Below are positions 23,346-32,000 of a stretch of 32,000 nucleotides of DNA, in pieces (positions within the stretch are counted from its first letter, which is position 1; every line of letters starts with the position of its first letter). This DNA is from Candidatus Hadarchaeales archaeon. GTDB lineage: Archaea > Hadarchaeota > Hadarchaeia > Hadarchaeales > Hadarchaeaceae. A model generated the notes under the pieces. It saw nothing but the letters and a program-made list of their open reading frames with translations, made no database searches and was not told the origin of the DNA. A program made the translations under genes and the position numbers. The stretch spans positions 30,001 to 62,000 of the forward strand of contig JAWBCC010000003.1 in assembly GCA_038823825.1 (NCBI GenBank). The letters run 5' to 3'.

Positions 23346-24400
23346 TTGTGGAAGAGGCGATCAAGAAACTCGTTCAAGGTCGGAATTTAACGTCCGAAGA
23401 GGCCGAGGGCGCAATGATGGAAATAATGTCTGGTGAGGTTTCACATACTAAAATCGCAGCTTTTCTGACCGCTTTAAGGATGAAAGGAGAAACAGTTGGT
23501 GAAATAGTTGCTTTTGCCAGAGTCATGAGAAATCTATGCGAGAAAGTTAGACCGAATGTTGACGGCAAACTTGTGGACACCTGCGGAACGGGTGGGGATA
23601 AACTCAAAACCTTTAACATAAGCACGGCAGCCATGTTTGTTGCGGCAGGTGCTGGTATACCGATTGCAAAGCATGGAAATCGGTCTGTGACGAGCAAGGC
23701 TGGCAGCGCGGATGTTCTGGAGGCTCTCGGTGTCAACATAATGCTTGGTCCCAGAGAAGTTGAGAGATGTATTGAAAGGGTAAGACTAGGTTTTATGTTT
23801 GCACCCCTCTTTCATAAAGCGATGAAAAATGTGATGCCGGTGAGAAAAGAACTTGGAATAAAGACGGTTTTCAACATCTTGGGTCCGCTTACGAACCCAG
23901 CCGATGTTCGAGCACAGGTCATCGGAGTCCCCGAGGCCGAACTTACAGAGAAAATAGCGATGGCCTTAAGAGAATTAGGTTGTGAAAAAGCGATGGTAGT
24001 TTACGGACTAGACGGTTTGGATGAAATATCCACCATTGGTAAAACAAAAATCTCTCTTCTTCAAGATGGTCTAATCACAACCCGCATAGTGGAGCCCGAA
24101 GAATTCGGTCTAAAGAGAACGAAGCCCGAATTTCTTTCTGGCGGAGATGCTGAAGAGAACGCAAAGATAATCGTTAGGGTTTTGATGGGAGAGGACAAGA
24201 TTAGGGAAGATATAGTCGTGTTGAATGCGGCCGCGGCTATATTTGTCGGAAATCTCGCTGATGATATGATTTCAGCCGTTGAAATGGCTAGGAATTCGAT
24301 TAAATCTGGAAAAGCTTTAGAAAAGCTTGAAATGTTCGTGGAGGAGACCGGCGGAGATTGTGAGAGGGTGAGGAGGCCAATAGATGGGATTTCTGGATAA
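23342..24400 (+). CDS. trpD: Anthranilate phosphoribosyltransferase
   Basis: DTCGTGGDKLKTFNISTAAMFVAAGAGIPIAKHGNRSVTSKAGSADVLEALG, FNILGPLTNPA. Confidence 0.97.
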   Translation: MIVEEAIKKLVQGRNLTSEEAEGAMMEIMSGEVSHTKIAAFLTALRMKGETVGEIVAFARVMRNLCEKVRPNVDGKLVDTCGTGGDKLKTFNISTAAMFVAAGAGIPIAKHGNRSVTSKAGSADVLEALGVNIMLGPREVERCIERVRLGFMFAPLFHKAMKNVMPVRKELGIKTVFNILGPLTNPADVRAQVIGVPEAELTEKIAMALRELGCEKAMVVYGLDGLDEISTIGKTKISLLQDGLITTRIVEPEEFGLKRTKPEFLSGGDAEENAKIIVRVLMGEDKIREDIVVLNAAAAIFVGNLADDMISAVEMARNSIKSGKALEKLEMFVEETGGDCERVRRPIDGISG

Positions 24401-25121
24401 AATAACGGAGGAAGTGATCGCCGAAGTAAAAGAGAAACTCGGCAAAAAGAAGAGTTTGATAAATGCGATAAAAACTGCTAAAGGTGTGCCGGTCATAGCC
24501 GAGATAAAGTGGGTTTCACCTTCTGTGGGGAAAATCAGGGAAAGAGAAAATGCACTGGATATAGCTAAAGCTATGATAAGAGGTGGGGCAATCGGGTTGT
24601 CGGTTTTAACGGAGAAAAAGTTTTTCATGGGAGATCCTTCTCTGATAACAGAGTTAAAGAAGGAGATAGACGCACCGATTCTTTACAAGAACTTCGTGGT
24701 TCATCCGTATCAGATATTTGAGGCATTTAGTTCTGGTGCAGATGCGGTTCTTCTCATAGTTCGGGTTCTAAAGGATCGTCTCCAGGAATTCATGAAGCTA
24801 GCCGATGAGCTTGGGATGGAGAGTTTAGTGGAAGTTTTTGACGAAAAGGACGTTGAGTTAGCACTCTCTGCCGGAGCGGATTTCATCGGAATAAACAACA
24901 GGGATTTGGATACTTTTCAGGTAGACCTCTCGAGAACGGAGAGACTGATCAACCTGATACCTGAAGAAGTCATCGTGGTAAGCGAGAGTGGAATCTCAAC
25001 GAAGGGGGATGTGATCAAAGTCGTCACGGCTGGAGCGGACGCCATTTTGGTCGGAACGTCAATAATGAAATCTCCAAATCCGGAGGAGAAAGTCCGGGAA
25101 CTTGTAGGTGCTTTAGAATGA
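24384..25121 (+). CDS. trpC: Indole-3-glycerol phosphate synthase
   Basis: VIAEIKWVSPSVGKI, LSVLTEKKFFMG, PILYKNFVVHPYQIFEA, IGINNRDLDTFQVDL, VSESGIS. Confidence 0.96.
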   Translation: MGFLDKITEEVIAEVKEKLGKKKSLINAIKTAKGVPVIAEIKWVSPSVGKIRERENALDIAKAMIRGGAIGLSVLTEKKFFMGDPSLITELKKEIDAPILYKNFVVHPYQIFEAFSSGADAVLLIVRVLKDRLQEFMKLADELGMESLVEVFDEKDVELALSAGADFIGINNRDLDTFQVDLSRTERLINLIPEEVIVVSESGISTKGDVIKVVTAGADAILVGTSIMKSPNPEEKVRELVGALE

Positions 25122-25774
25122 TCGTCAAAATATGTGGCTTGATGAGGGTTGAGGATGCCGTAAAGGCGAGCAGGTTGGGAGCAGATATGATTGGAACGGT
25201 TTTGATTGAAGGTTCGAGAAGAAAAATATCGACCGAAAAAGCTTCTGAAATTTTCAGTGCGGTTCGAGAAATTGGGAAAACAAAATGTGTAGTTCTTTGC
25301 AGACCTTTCAGTTTACGGGAAGTTTTAGAGCTAGATGAAAAGCTCAAGCCGGATTGCTTACAACTTCACCCTGCGACTCCGATCTCGTTGATCGAAGAAA
25401 TAAAGAAAGAAATTTCCAGCGATCTCATTCTAATCGTCCCGATTCCATCCGAAGGAGCGAATTTTGAATCGGTTCTGTCCCGCATGTTGGAGATTCAGGA
25501 CTTCGCAGACTTCTTGCTTTTGGATACATTCGGACCACAAGGGGGTGGAACTGGCAAACCGCACGACTGGGAAATAAGCAGGAGATTGGTTGAGAGATCA
25601 AAGAAGCCAGTCCTGTTGGCAGGTGGGCTTTCTCCTGAGAATGTTCTTGAAGCAATCAAAGTTGTGAGACCAGCCGGTGTGGATGTTGCCAGCGGTGTCG
25701 AGGAAGAAGTTGGTGTCAAGGATGAGAAACTGATGAAGGAGTTTATAAGAAAAGCAAAAGGTGGGTTTCTATGA
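25118..25774 (+). CDS. trpF: Phosphoribosylanthranilate isomerase
   Basis: VKICGLMRVEDA, LQLHP, LLDTFGPQGGGTGKPHDWEI, VLLAGGLSPENV. Confidence 0.95.
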   Translation: MIVKICGLMRVEDAVKASRLGADMIGTVLIEGSRRKISTEKASEIFSAVREIGKTKCVVLCRPFSLREVLELDEKLKPDCLQLHPATPISLIEEIKKEISSDLILIVPIPSEGANFESVLSRMLEIQDFADFLLLDTFGPQGGGTGKPHDWEISRRLVERSKKPVLLAGGLSPENVLEAIKVVRPAGVDVASGVEEEVGVKDEKLMKEFIRKAKGGFL

Positions 25775-26937
25775 AAGGGAGGTTTGGAAGATTTGGAGGG
25801 CAGTATGTAAGTGAGATTTTGATGCACGCTTTGATAGAATTGGAAGAAGCATTTGAAAAGATTTATCCTTCGGAGGAATTTCAGCGAGAGTATCAAACTT
25901 TGTTGCGCGATTATGCTGGGCGTCCAACTCCGCTCTACCACGCAAAGGGTCTCAGCGAGTTGGTCGGTTGTAAAGTTTACCTCAAGCGTGAAGACTTGCT
26001 CTGCGGCGGTTCGCACAAGTTAAACAACTCTCTGGGCCAAGCTCTGCTTGCAAAAAAGATGGGAAAGAAGAGACTGATAACGGAAACGGCAGCCGGGCAA
26101 CATGGACTTTCCGTTGCAATGGCTGGGAATGTGGTGGGGCTCTCTGTTGATATCTTCATGGGTGTCAAAGACATCGAACGACAAGAAAGTAATGTCAAGA
26201 GGATGAGATTGCTCGGAGCCCGCGTTATCCCGGTGACTACCGGTAGCGGGGTTCTGAAGGATGCGGTTTCTGACACGCTTCGTGAATGGGCAAGATGTTC
26301 GCGTGATACTCATTATCTGATGGGTTCGACTGTTGGACCGCATCCGTTCCCTGAGATCGTTGCGACTTTCCAGAGCGTGATCGGGGAGGAAATCAAAAGA
26401 CAGATTCTAGAGAAAGAGGGTAGACTACCAGATGCCATAGTAGCTTGCGGAAGTGGGGGAAGCAATGCTATCGGCGCGTTTAGACCTTTCATCGAGGAGA
26501 AGGAAGTTCGTCTTTATTTTGTTGAGGGGGGAGGAGAAAGTTTGAACGCAGATAATAGTGCAGCAGCCTTTGTTCTCGGTAGACCCGGAGTTCTACACGG
26601 GGCATTTATGCAAATTCTGCAAGATGAATATGGTCAGATAAAACCGTCAAAGACTAGGGCAGCCGGTCTCAACTATCCCGGGCGTGGTCCGGAAATTTCA
26701 TACCTCTGTGAAATAGGCAGGGTAAAACCTTGTTATGCATTCGATAACGAAGTCTTTGAAGCGGCGAAAACGGTGAGCAGAGTTGAGGGTCTGATTCCGG
26801 CGCTAGAGACTGCTCACGCTCTAGCATACGTTCTGAATCACAAGGAAGAATTTGAGAAAGATGACATTGTGGTTGTAAACTTCTCCGGCCGTGGGGACAA
26901 AGATCTGGAGGTGATTCTGAAGTATGTCGAGGCTTGA
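25771..26937 (+). CDS. trpB: Tryptophan synthase beta chain (TrpB1-like, with unusual loop substitutions)
   Basis: GRFGGQYVSE, GRPTPLYHAKGL, KVYLKREDLLCGGSHKLNNSLGQALLAKKMGKK, ETAAGQHG, GSGGSNAIG, SGRGDKDL; followed by trpA. Confidence 0.95.
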   Translation: MKGRFGRFGGQYVSEILMHALIELEEAFEKIYPSEEFQREYQTLLRDYAGRPTPLYHAKGLSELVGCKVYLKREDLLCGGSHKLNNSLGQALLAKKMGKKRLITETAAGQHGLSVAMAGNVVGLSVDIFMGVKDIERQESNVKRMRLLGARVIPVTTGSGVLKDAVSDTLREWARCSRDTHYLMGSTVGPHPFPEIVATFQSVIGEEIKRQILEKEGRLPDAIVACGSGGSNAIGAFRPFIEEKEVRLYFVEGGGESLNADNSAAAFVLGRPGVLHGAFMQILQDEYGQIKPSKTRAAGLNYPGRGPEISYLCEIGRVKPCYAFDNEVFEAAKTVSRVEGLIPALETAHALAYVLNHKEEFEKDDIVVVNFSGRGDKDLEVILKYVEA

Positions 26938-27742
26938 AGAAATTTTTGAAAAGCTCTCGAGAAAAAAAGAGGGGGCATTTATGCCGCACGTTTATGTCGG
27001 AGATCCGAGTTATGAATTTTCGCTCAGATTAATCGAAAAATTGAAGGAAGCTGGAGCCGACATCTTGGAGCTTGGCGTGCCTTTCTCCGATCCTATTGCA
27101 GATGGGCCGGCATTTATCGCAGCATGTGAGCGGGCCTTGAGGGCTGGGATGACGCCTCAGAAGTTTCTGCAGGCACTCAAAGAAATTCGATCTAGCGGAA
27201 TAAAATCACCAATCGTGGTGACAGCGTATGCAAACACGATTTTTGCGAACAGAGGATTTATAGAGAAGCTGGCGGATTTAGGTGTTGACGGTCTTATCGT
27301 TCCCGATATGCCGTTTGAGGAATCTGGAGAGTTGCTTGCCAAGACTAATGAGTTTGAAATTGATTTAATTCTGCAGATTGCTCCGACTACGAGTGATGAA
27401 AGGTTAATTAAAATTCTTGAGAATGCCTCTGGATTTGTTTACGTCATAAATTTTGAGGGCGTGACTGGACCTCGAGAGGATATCCCGGAAAGCACGATAG
27501 AACTCGTAAAAAAGGTTAGGAAGCACTCAGAGATCCCGCTGGTGGCCGGTTTTGGTATATCCAAACCCGAACATGCGAGAAAGCTCATCGCCGGTGGTGC
27601 GGATGGAGTGGCAGTTGGAAGTATTTTTGCTGAGATCTATTCGGAGAATGAAGAAAATCAAGCTCTTCAGAAGGTTTTCGAGTTGGCGAAGTCTATCAAG
27701 GAAGCCTGTGTCAAAGGATATAAAGAGAGAATTACCAAATAA
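26924..27742 (+). CDS. trpA: Tryptophan synthase alpha chain
   Basis: AGADILELGVPFSDPIADGPAF, YANTIFANRGF, GVDGLIVPDMPFEES, GFGISKPEHA. Confidence 0.95.
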   Translation: MSRLEEIFEKLSRKKEGAFMPHVYVGDPSYEFSLRLIEKLKEAGADILELGVPFSDPIADGPAFIAACERALRAGMTPQKFLQALKEIRSSGIKSPIVVTAYANTIFANRGFIEKLADLGVDGLIVPDMPFEESGELLAKTNEFEIDLILQIAPTTSDERLIKILENASGFVYVINFEGVTGPREDIPESTIELVKKVRKHSEIPLVAGFGISKPEHARKLIAGGADGVAVGSIFAEIYSENEENQALQKVFELAKSIKEACVKGYKERITK

Positions 27743-27766
27743 AATTTTGCTGAAAGGTGGTTGAAA

Positions 27767-29302
27767 ATGAAAACCATCACTTTGAGAATCAAACCGCTCG
27801 ATATCGAGACGGGTAAACCAATCGCAATCATGCATGAAGAGGATGCGGAAAAAATAGGGCACGTAGCCGGGAGTAGAATAAAAGTCTATTCGCAGAAAGG
27901 GACTTTTACGATAATTACGAACACAACTAGAAATCTTGTTGCCCCCGGAGAGTTAGGAACGTGTAAAGAGGCGACGTGCGAGATTGGTTTGGAGGCGGGA
28001 AGTGAGGTCAAGGTAACGCTTGCCCCGAGACCAGCTTCTGCCAACGCGATAAAGAAAAAGCTCGATGGCAAGGTTTTGACACAGCAAGAGATTGATAGTA
28101 TAATCAGAGATATTGTTGCAGATAATCTGACGGCGACCGAACTTGCAGCATTTGTCACAGCAGTTTACACAAGGGGAATGACAGTGGATGAAATCGTCTT
28201 TATGGTAAGAAGCATGGTCGAGAGTGGAGAAAAACTGGAAATCGAGCGTCGGCCGATTCTCGATGTTCATAGCATTGGCGGCGTACCTGGAAACAAATAT
28301 GCTCTTCTGACAGTTCCAATAGTATCCGCTGCAGGGCTTACTGTTCCGAAAACGAGCAGGAGGGCGATAACCAGCGCAGCCGGTACGGCCGATGTCATGG
28401 AAGTTTTAGCTCCAGTTTCCCTAGAGCTTGAGGAAATAAAGGCAATAGTCGAAAAAATCGGAGCAGTCTTAGTTTGGGGTGGAGCGCTCAGGTTGGCACC
28501 TGCCGACGACATAATCATCAGGGCGGAAAGAGTACTCGCGATCGATCCTACACCACAGCTGTTGGCTAGTGTAATGGCAAAAAAACTAGCAGTTGGAGCC
28601 GAGAAAATAGTGATAGACACCCCAACTGGTTCTGGTGCCAAAGTGGAAACGATAGAAGAGGCTCGCAGACTTGCTCATGATTTCATCGAATTGGCTCGTA
28701 GGCTTGGAGTTCAGCTTGAAGCCGCGATAACATATGGAGGGCAACCGATCGGTTATGCGGTCGGTCCAGCATTGGAGGCTAGAGAAGCACTTGAGACGTT
28801 GATGGGAATGAACGGTCCAGGGAGTCTCATAGAGAAAGCTACAGGACTTGCGGGTCTAATGTTGGAACTCGGTGGTATTACGCCAATAGGATTTGGAAAA
28901 CAGATGGCTCTTGAAATTCTAAAATCTGGTAAGGCTTATGAGCAGATGAAAAGGATAATCGAGGCGCAGGGAGGAGATCCAAACGTCAAAATTGATGATA
29001 TACCGGTTGGAGACAAGGTTGAAGTTTTGCGGGCTCCGGTATCCGGTTATATAAAGCAAATAGACAACCACAGGATAAATGAGATAGCGAGGGCGGCTGG
29101 GGCTCCGGAGCACAAGGGTGCAGGGATAAAACTTCTGATGAAGGAAGGCAGGAAGGTTGAGAAGGGAGATCCAATTCTAGAAATTTATGCCGAACATGAA
29201 AGCAAACTAGACGAAGCGCTAGATCTTGCCAGAACCCATCCACCAGTAAGAATAGAGGGAATGTTGATAGAGAGAATCTCACATTCGCCAAGATGGGAAT
29301 AG
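27767..29302 (+). CDS. AMP phosphorylase (archaeal thymidine-phosphorylase-like, DeoA family)
   Basis: DVHSIGGVPGNKYALLTVPIVSAAGLTVPKTSRRAITSAAGTADVMEVLAPV, IDTPTGSGAKV; archaeal N-terminal extension. ATG 27767 or TTG 27761 start. Confidence 0.9.
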   Translation: MKTITLRIKPLDIETGKPIAIMHEEDAEKIGHVAGSRIKVYSQKGTFTIITNTTRNLVAPGELGTCKEATCEIGLEAGSEVKVTLAPRPASANAIKKKLDGKVLTQQEIDSIIRDIVADNLTATELAAFVTAVYTRGMTVDEIVFMVRSMVESGEKLEIERRPILDVHSIGGVPGNKYALLTVPIVSAAGLTVPKTSRRAITSAAGTADVMEVLAPVSLELEEIKAIVEKIGAVLVWGGALRLAPADDIIIRAERVLAIDPTPQLLASVMAKKLAVGAEKIVIDTPTGSGAKVETIEEARRLAHDFIELARRLGVQLEAAITYGGQPIGYAVGPALEAREALETLMGMNGPGSLIEKATGLAGLMLELGGITPIGFGKQMALEILKSGKAYEQMKRIIEAQGGDPNVKIDDIPVGDKVEVLRAPVSGYIKQIDNHRINEIARAAGAPEHKGAGIKLLMKEGRKVEKGDPILEIYAEHESKLDEALDLARTHPPVRIEGMLIERISHSPRWE

Positions 29303-29368
29303 GTCATTTGAGCGTAAGCGTAAAATTTAAATTCAGTGATTTTAATTTTCTACAAATGAGGGTTGACC

Positions 29369-31018
29369 ATGAGCGCGGTACTAGGAGGAAGACCGGTGTT
29401 GGTGCTGTCTGAAGGGACAACGAGGGTACTTGGAAGAGATGCACAGCGAATGAATATTCTGGCAGCCCGGGTTATTGCTGAAGCAGTGAGGACTACGCTG
29501 GGGCCGAAGGGGATGGATAAGATGCTTGTGGATACGCTAGGAGATATCGTTGTAACCAATGACGGTGTGACAATTTTAAAGGAGATGGAAGTCGAGCATC
29601 CAGCTGCGAAGATGATGGTTGAGGTAGCTAAAACACAGGATGATCTGGTTGGAGACGGTACGACTACTGCTGTTGTGATTGCTGGGGAGCTCCTGAAGGA
29701 AGCTGAAAAACTTCTCGATCAGGCTATTCACCCGACGATAATTGCCACAGGTTTCAGAATGGCAGCGGAGAAAGCGCAGGAAGTTTTGAACACTATCGCC
29801 GTGCCCGTGAGCATAGAAGATGAGAAGATGTTGAAGAGAATTGCCACGACCGCGATGACTGGGAAGAAGGCGGAGAGTGGAAGAGAAGTCCTTGCCGATC
29901 TTGTTGTTAAAGCCGTGAGACAAATTGCCGATAAAACAGACGGTGGTTATAAGGTTGATATAGATTACATTGGGGTGGAAAAGAAAGCCGGTGGAAGTAT
30001 ATCAGATTCTGAGCTTGTTCACGGAGTTATTCTTGATAAGGAAAGGGTACATCCGGGAATGCCGAAGAGAGTTAAAAACGCAAAGATCGCGCTCATCGAT
30101 GCTCCACTCGAGATAAAAAAGACAGAAACAGATGCGGAAATTAGAATAACAACTCCGGAGCAACTCAGGGCGTTCATAGAGGAAGAAGAGATGATTTTGA
30201 AGCAAATGGTTGACAAAATAATCTCGGTTGGGGCGAATGTTGTGATATGCCAGAAGGGAATAGATGATATTGCGCAGCATTATCTAGCAAAGGCAGGGAT
30301 ATACGCAGTGAGGAGAGCGAAGAAATCCGACATGGAGAAGCTGGCGAGAGCAACTGGCGGCAGGATAGTCACGAACATTGATGATCTCACACCCGAGGAT
30401 CTCGGTTCGGCAGGTCTAGTTGAAGAAGTTAAAATCGGGGAGGATAAGATGACCTTCGTAAGGGATTGTAAGAACCCGAGAGCGATGGGAATTTTGATTA
30501 GAGGAGGAAGCGAGCATGTTGTAGATGAAGTTGAGAGGGCTGTACATGATGCTATTTGTGTGGTTGCCGCAGCCATTGAGGATGGAAAAATTGTCTACGG
30601 AGGTGGAGCGCCGGAGATGGAGGTTGCTAAGCATCTGAGAGATTACTCTCAGAAGGTTGGAGGAAAGGAGGCTCTTGCGATCGGCGCATTTGCCGACGCT
30701 CTGGAGATAATTCCCAAGACTCTGGCTGAGAATGCGGGTCTTGATGCAATTGACATAATTGTAGAGCTCAGAGCGAAGCACGAGAAGCCGGAAGGCATAT
30801 GGACCGGTGTTGATGTTTACGGAGGAAAGGTGGCGGACATGAAGGAACTTGGGGTAGTCGAACCCCTTAGAACGAAGATTCAGGCGATAAAGTCGGCTGC
30901 TGAAGCCGCTACAATGATTTTGCGGATAGACGATGTTATCGCCGCAGCGAAGAAAGAAATCTCGCCGCCTAAGGGTGAGGGTGAAGAAGAAACAGAAACA
31001 ACGAGCGAGGAGGACTGA
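29369..31018 (+). CDS. Thermosome (group II chaperonin) subunit
   Basis: [78 protein letters not shown]. Confidence 0.98.
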   Translation: MSAVLGGRPVLVLSEGTTRVLGRDAQRMNILAARVIAEAVRTTLGPKGMDKMLVDTLGDIVVTNDGVTILKEMEVEHPAAKMMVEVAKTQDDLVGDGTTTAVVIAGELLKEAEKLLDQAIHPTIIATGFRMAAEKAQEVLNTIAVPVSIEDEKMLKRIATTAMTGKKAESGREVLADLVVKAVRQIADKTDGGYKVDIDYIGVEKKAGGSISDSELVHGVILDKERVHPGMPKRVKNAKIALIDAPLEIKKTETDAEIRITTPEQLRAFIEEEEMILKQMVDKIISVGANVVICQKGIDDIAQHYLAKAGIYAVRRAKKSDMEKLARATGGRIVTNIDDLTPEDLGSAGLVEEVKIGEDKMTFVRDCKNPRAMGILIRGGSEHVVDEVERAVHDAICVVAAAIEDGKIVYGGGAPEMEVAKHLRDYSQKVGGKEALAIGAFADALEIIPKTLAENAGLDAIDIIVELRAKHEKPEGIWTGVDVYGGKVADMKELGVVEPLRTKIQAIKSAAEAATMILRIDDVIAAAKKEISPPKGEGEEETETTSEED

Positions 31019-31024
31019 AATTAA

Positions 31025-31570
31025 TTGAATTTAGTCCCCCGTTATGTTTTCTTCACCCGTGGAGTTGGGCATGATCCTGAGATGCTCAGGTCATTTGAAA
31101 ATGCTCTTGAGAATGCGGGAATAGCGAGGTTCAATTTAGTTCCGGTTTCAAGTATAGTTCCACCAGGTTGTAAGGTTATTTCAAAGGAGAAAGGTTTGAG
31201 CATGTTACAGGATGGACAAATTGTTTTTGTTATTCTTTCCAAGTGTAGTAGCAACGAGAGGAGGAGACTTCTTTCTGCGAGCATTGGTTGTGCCTTGCCC
31301 GCAGATAGAAATATGTACGGCTACATAAGTGAGCACCATGCTTATGGACAGACTGCGGAAGAAGCAGGCGAGTATGCGGAAAATCTTGCCGCTTCGATGC
31401 TTGCCAGCACTCTTGGTCTGCCGTTCGACGCCGATAAAAGTTGGGACGAACGCAAACAGATATGGAAGATTTCCGGAAAGATAGTTAGAACTACCAATAT
31501 CACGCAGACAGCATTTGTTAAAGAGGGAATGTGGACGACCGTGGTTGCAGCCGCGGTTTTCGTTCTATAG
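31025..31570 (+). CDS. pdaD: Pyruvoyl-dependent arginine decarboxylase
   Basis: FNLVPVSSIVPPGCKVI (Ser-Ser self-cleavage/pyruvoyl region), GLSMLQDGQIVFVILSK, TTNITQTAFVKEGMWTTVVAAAVFVL; TTG start. Confidence 0.92.
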   Translation: MNLVPRYVFFTRGVGHDPEMLRSFENALENAGIARFNLVPVSSIVPPGCKVISKEKGLSMLQDGQIVFVILSKCSSNERRRLLSASIGCALPADRNMYGYISEHHAYGQTAEEAGEYAENLAASMLASTLGLPFDADKSWDERKQIWKISGKIVRTTNITQTAFVKEGMWTTVVAAAVFVL

Positions 31571-31596
31571 GGTCTCAACTGCTTGATTGGCGCAAG

Positions 31597-31610
31597 ATTT
31601 ATAGACTTTT
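31597..31610 (+). promoter_or_regulatory. Candidate TATA element for mevalonate kinase
   Basis: gatttatagac-like element about 25-30 nt upstream of ATG 31634. Confidence 0.4.
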
Positions 31611-31633
31611 CATCACGAGTAGCAAAGAGGGGA

Positions 31634-32000
31634 ATGGGAGAAGGAAAAGGTTATGGAAAGGTAATACTTTTTAACGAGCATTTTGTAGTTTACGGCATAC
31701 CCTGTATCGTTTCATCAATCGACAGATATACGACATGTAGGGTAGAAAGAACCCATGGCTCCGGCTGGATTGTTGAGGATCTCAGACCTTCCACGCCAGG
31801 TTATAAAGAGGATAAGCTCGAGCAGCAGAAGGACTCGATAAACAGGATTCTTGCAGCGATGAACATCGAGCCGAGAGATTTTTGTCTGAAAATAACATTT
31901 GGTGGGAATCTGGTTGCGGCGAGCGGGATAGGAGCCAGTGCGGCCTCATGTGTAGCACTCGCTCGGGCGCTATCCGACGAGTTCAATCTGAATCTCAATG
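31634..32000 (+). CDS. mvk: Mevalonate kinase, N-terminal fragment (GHMP; truncated by window end)
   Basis: Manual translation MGEGKGYGKVILFNEHFVVYGIPCIVSSI...GGNLVAASGIGASAASCVALARALSDEFNLNLN. Absent from the ORF track, presumably because it lacks a stop in the window. Confidence 0.9.
   Translation, partial: MGEGKGYGKVILFNEHFVVYGIPCIVSSIDRYTTCRVERTHGSGWIVEDLRPSTPGYKEDKLEQQKDSINRILAAMNIEPRDFCLKITFGGNLVAASGIGASAASCVALARALSDEFNLNLN

Noticed and set aside
23374-28641. Long minus-strand ORFs in the trp/AMP phosphorylase region (23374-23739, 25495-26016, 25977-26276, 28267-28641)
   Set aside because: Each is antisense to a confidently assigned plus-strand gene, is rich in Ser/Pro/Phe as expected for antisense codon shadows, and lacks motifs.

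Overview
This is a conserved, chromosomal archaeal window, densely packed with genes. It contains, left to right: the 3' end of aroC, archaeal-type (GHMP) shikimate kinase, a chorismate mutase fused to a COG2150-like ACT regulator, and a cupin-type phosphoglucose isomerase. Next come a minus-strand cluster (OB-fold protein, aIF2-beta, DUF424), KEOPS Cgi121, a small hypothetical protein and a tandem PhoU/TrkA_C protein. After that are tRNA-Lys(TTT) and the canonical rpoH-rpoB-rpoA1-rpoA2-rpl30e-nusA-rps12-rps7-tuf-rps10 cluster. These are followed by RIO1 kinase, aIF1A, and a divergent pair of citramalate/isopropylmalate synthase paralogs. The right end holds a complete trpEGDCFBA operon, AMP phosphorylase, thermosome, pyruvoyl-dependent arginine decarboxylase, and the 5' part of mevalonate kinase. 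I found no mobile element, CRISPR array, defence locus, intein or clearly new multi-gene system. The best leads are smaller: a perfect palindrome plus a phased half-site at the trp promoter (candidate repressor operator), the chorismate mutase/ACT fusion, divergent genes whose start codons touch, a tRNA-RNAP transcription unit, active-site-loop substitutions in TrpB, and a small orphan protein overlapping the PhoU/TrkA_C gene. All family assignments come from reading motifs by eye; no database searches were run.
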